NCBI GenBank assembly: GCA_963716985.1
Contig: OY970323.1
Location: 1,632,001 to 1,696,000 of the forward strand
From: an uncultured bacterium
Lineage (GTDB): Bacteria > Chlamydiota > Chlamydiia > Chlamydiales > SM23-39
DNA: 64,000 nt
Direction: 5' to 3'
This document shows positions 61,196 through 64,000 of the stretch, in pieces; the first letter of the stretch is position 1; each line of letters begins with the position of its first letter. The notes beneath the pieces were generated by a model. It had not been told where the DNA came from and did not search any database. It saw only the letters and a list, made by a program, of their open reading frames with translations. The translations under genes and the position numbers were made by a program.

Positions 61196-62377
61196 TTAAA
61201 AATGCAAATCGGATCGCAATGTGATCCCTTGCATTTCTATTGCAGCCTGAGATTGTCGGTTGAAATCAAAATGGAACTGATTCCACCAATAGTTAAACTC
61301 CCAACCAAGATTCAATCCCAAATACATTTTTTCCTTATTGAGATACATACCCCAATCCAATCCCAAAGCCAATTGGACGCTTGGAGCAAGCATATACTTA
61401 CTGCTTTTCTCAAAGCCAATTTCTTCAAAAGGAGCGAAGGTGGTAGGAAGTGTCCCATAAAGATGTTGATGAACCGTTGTTTGACCATATAATAGACATC
61501 CTGCGATGAGCCCCGTAAAACCTACGTTATGAGGAAGCGTCCATTTCCCATCCATTCCAATTCTAGGACCAAGGCCCCAAAAACGATTTGCAATGTGATA
61601 GGCAATATAACGACTTAAAGTGTTAACGAGATTTTCCCCAAAATGAGCATTTAAGGATTGATCCAAAGAAGCAAAACGCACTCCCAAGAGCGGCTGCCAT
61701 GCAAGCGCCTTTGTAATGTAAAAATCTCTTGCGAATTGAAGATCTCCAACATTATGGCTCAAGCTCCAATGAAGGGCTAAGGTTTTAAAAGTACCCAAAG
61801 CCCGATTAAGCGTAAAGGCTTGCTCTGGTAGAATACCGACAAAGATAGAACCAAAAGGACCGGCAACAATTCCATAATCTTTTGCGCCGAAGTCCCCATG
61901 GCCCTTTAATCGAATCCAAGTGTAGATTCCTTGGACATTCCATGCATCGTAGCCTGAATGATAACCAAAGCCTACGCGAACGCCGGGACGCCAATCAAAA
62001 TGCAATGCATCGTCAATAGCATTCGTATAAAAATTTCCACTTGGGGTGAATACCGGAAATCTAATTTCGGAGGCAACTTGTATGCCATTATCAGATGCTC
62101 TCCAATAAAGAAAACTCACATTTGTGAAAAACCCCGTATTTCCACGACAGGTAAAAACCGGAGGATTATTTCCGCCAAGGACGTCCGATACTTTTGTTTC
62201 GGAAATCTGATCTACCTTTCGTTCCACAACTTCTAGTCTTTTCGAAGACGAACTCGTGTTCATGCTTCCAAAAGGAGGATCTGGAAATGCAAATTCCTCA
62301 TCTTTTTGCGCTCCAAAAACTGAGCTCATCAAAAGAACCCCTCCAAGGGTCCATACAATTTTAGAACTAATGCCCAT
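61196..62377 (-). CDS. Outer-membrane beta-barrel protein, copy 2
   Basis: Paralog of copy 1 with the same motifs; ends DLHF. Confidence 0.85.
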   Translation of the reverse strand: MGISSKIVWTLGGVLLMSSVFGAQKDEEFAFPDPPFGSMNTSSSSKRLEVVERKVDQISETKVSDVLGGNNPPVFTCRGNTGFFTNVSFLYWRASDNGIQVASEIRFPVFTPSGNFYTNAIDDALHFDWRPGVRVGFGYHSGYDAWNVQGIYTWIRLKGHGDFGAKDYGIVAGPFGSIFVGILPEQAFTLNRALGTFKTLALHWSLSHNVGDLQFARDFYITKALAWQPLLGVRFASLDQSLNAHFGENLVNTLSRYIAYHIANRFWGLGPRIGMDGKWTLPHNVGFTGLIAGCLLYGQTTVHQHLYGTLPTTFAPFEEIGFEKSSKYMLAPSVQLALGLDWGMYLNKEKMYLGLNLGWEFNYWWNQFHFDFNRQSQAAIEMQGITLRSDLHF

Positions 62378-62436
62378 GTAAAACTCCTCTAAATGCTTCT
62401 ATGTTCAATTTATCCGATTTCCTTCTTCCAAAATTC

Positions 62437-63606
62437 TTAGAAATGCAGGTCTGTTCTCAACGTCAAACCTTGAATTTCAAAGTGTTGCGGCCATTGGTGT
62501 GGGTACTTTGGAATGGGTTGCCACCAATAATTAAACTCCCATCCTAAATTGAGACCCCAGTAGATACGCTCTTTATCAAAAGACATTCCCCAGTCCAAAC
62601 CTAAAGCTGCCTGTGCGTTTGGCACGATCGTACGGGAAGAATGATGTCGTTGCGCAGTCGCTTCAAAAGAAGCTCCCGTCCCGAGAGGCGGTTCAAACCA
62701 ATGGGCCTCTTTCTTCAACTTTCCATAAAGAAGCGCACCAGACACAAGCCCTGTCACACCCAAATTATAAGGAAGAGTCCACTTTCCATCCACGCCAATA
62801 CGGGGGCCAGCACCACTAAAACTCGTGCTCAAGGCAAACTTGTAGGCCCAAGGATTAAAATTACTTAGAAAATGCGCTCCATTTGCGATGAAATAGGCTG
62901 CTCCTTTTTGTTTCAAAAAAGCCATGCGGGCACCTAAGAGAGGTTGTAGAGCCAATGCTTTGGTAATGAAAAACCCCCTGCCAAACTGGATATCTCCCAC
63001 ATTATAGTTCATTCTCCAATGAGCAGCTGCGACTTGGAAATATCCGCTAGCCGCTAAATCAGAATTACTTTGTAAAAATGGTGTGTTAATAAAGAACCCA
63101 ATGCCTCCGGCAGGACTCCAATCATTTGAAATGCCGGACCGCGATCCGGTCAATCGGTTCCACGTATAGATTCCCTGTACGTTCCAGGCATCATATCCCG
63201 AAGTATATCCGAGAGCATAACGAACACCCGGCGACCCGTGAAATTTTACGGAACGCAACTTTGAAACCTGCTTTGGAGCTATCTGAAATACCTGATTGGT
63301 ATAATAAAACCCTTCAACAGCTGCCTTCCAATATAAAAAACTGAGTTGGGTAAATACACCCTTCTTTCCCCCGATGCATCCAAGAGCATAAGGATTTTTA
63401 ATGCCAAGACTTTTAGAAACTTTCGTTTCTGAAATCTCATCTGTCTTTTTTTCTGCAGCCTCTAATCGTTTCCCGACATCAGCCGATTGCGACTTGCCAA
63501 ATGATGGCGACGGAGAAACAAAAAAACTATCTTTGTTCCCTGCAAAAAGCGAACTCATTAAGCAAATGCTCCCAAGGGCCCATGCGATTCTAGAACTTAT
63601 GCTCAT
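62437..63606 (-). CDS. Outer-membrane beta-barrel protein, copy 3
   Basis: Paralog; FLYWKA, GPRIG, GWEFNYWW, ends DLHF. Confidence 0.85.
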   Translation of the reverse strand: MSISSRIAWALGSICLMSSLFAGNKDSFFVSPSPSFGKSQSADVGKRLEAAEKKTDEISETKVSKSLGIKNPYALGCIGGKKGVFTQLSFLYWKAAVEGFYYTNQVFQIAPKQVSKLRSVKFHGSPGVRYALGYTSGYDAWNVQGIYTWNRLTGSRSGISNDWSPAGGIGFFINTPFLQSNSDLAASGYFQVAAAHWRMNYNVGDIQFGRGFFITKALALQPLLGARMAFLKQKGAAYFIANGAHFLSNFNPWAYKFALSTSFSGAGPRIGVDGKWTLPYNLGVTGLVSGALLYGKLKKEAHWFEPPLGTGASFEATAQRHHSSRTIVPNAQAALGLDWGMSFDKERIYWGLNLGWEFNYWWQPIPKYPHQWPQHFEIQGLTLRTDLHF

Positions 63607-64000
63607 GCGAACTTCCTCCATTAATAACTGAATGTTTATCTTAATCAAAATTCATTTATACACAAATATTTATTTTTCCAAAAAAAATTACGTTTTGACG
63701 CGCATTTTTTGGCTCCTCCTTAAAAAGGAAACCATCCTCTTCTCCCATTCAGCCCGAAAATAGGACCGCACGCCGAGCCATCTTTTTTGAAAGACGACGA
63801 GAGTCTTTAGCTTTTAAAAAATGCAGCAGTCAAGAAAAAGGACCCCGCGAAAACCCGGAAAAAAATACAAAACCGGGTGAAGGGAGAGAAAAAAGCAGAA
63901 ACAGGAATGCTTGGCCCTCGAGCAAAAAGTCAGAGAGCGGAGGGAAGAATCGTGAGATAAAAGGTTCTCTGATAGTCAAATTGGCGGGACAGAAACTCTT

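Noticed and set aside
63700..64000. Partial CDS at the right edge
   Set aside because: No frame with recognisable content.

Overview
Chromosomal segment, most likely from an environmental member of the Chlamydiota. This is inferred from chlamydia-like gene order (dnaX-ybaB-ptsI-ptsH-comEC; ftsK-yycJ; ispE-rplI-rpsR-rpsF-pth-rplY/glgA-pgsA-GlyRS-dnaG-mutS-uvrC) and from MOMP-like porin paralogs. Housekeeping blocks alternate with accessory patches: (1) a tandem triplet of lineage-specific membrane-protein paralogs, the middle one hit by an IS66 that itself contains an IS4/Tn5-like element; (2) two autotransporter genes, each cleanly split by a mobile element (a 265-bp MITE, an IS1634) and each restorable in frame; (3) IS5, TnpB-like and upp pseudogene remnants; (4) three tandem beta-barrel outer-membrane proteins. 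The most striking feature is a 348-bp protein-free IS200/605 IscB-type element made almost entirely of an omega/HEARO RNA. It sits exactly between the Shine-Dalgarno sequence and the ATG of rpsF: the ATG forms part of its target motif and the rpsF RBS lies in its predicted guide. tRNA-His and tRNA-Gln are present; no CRISPR array or rRNA was seen. All family calls are by motif recognition, with no database search.
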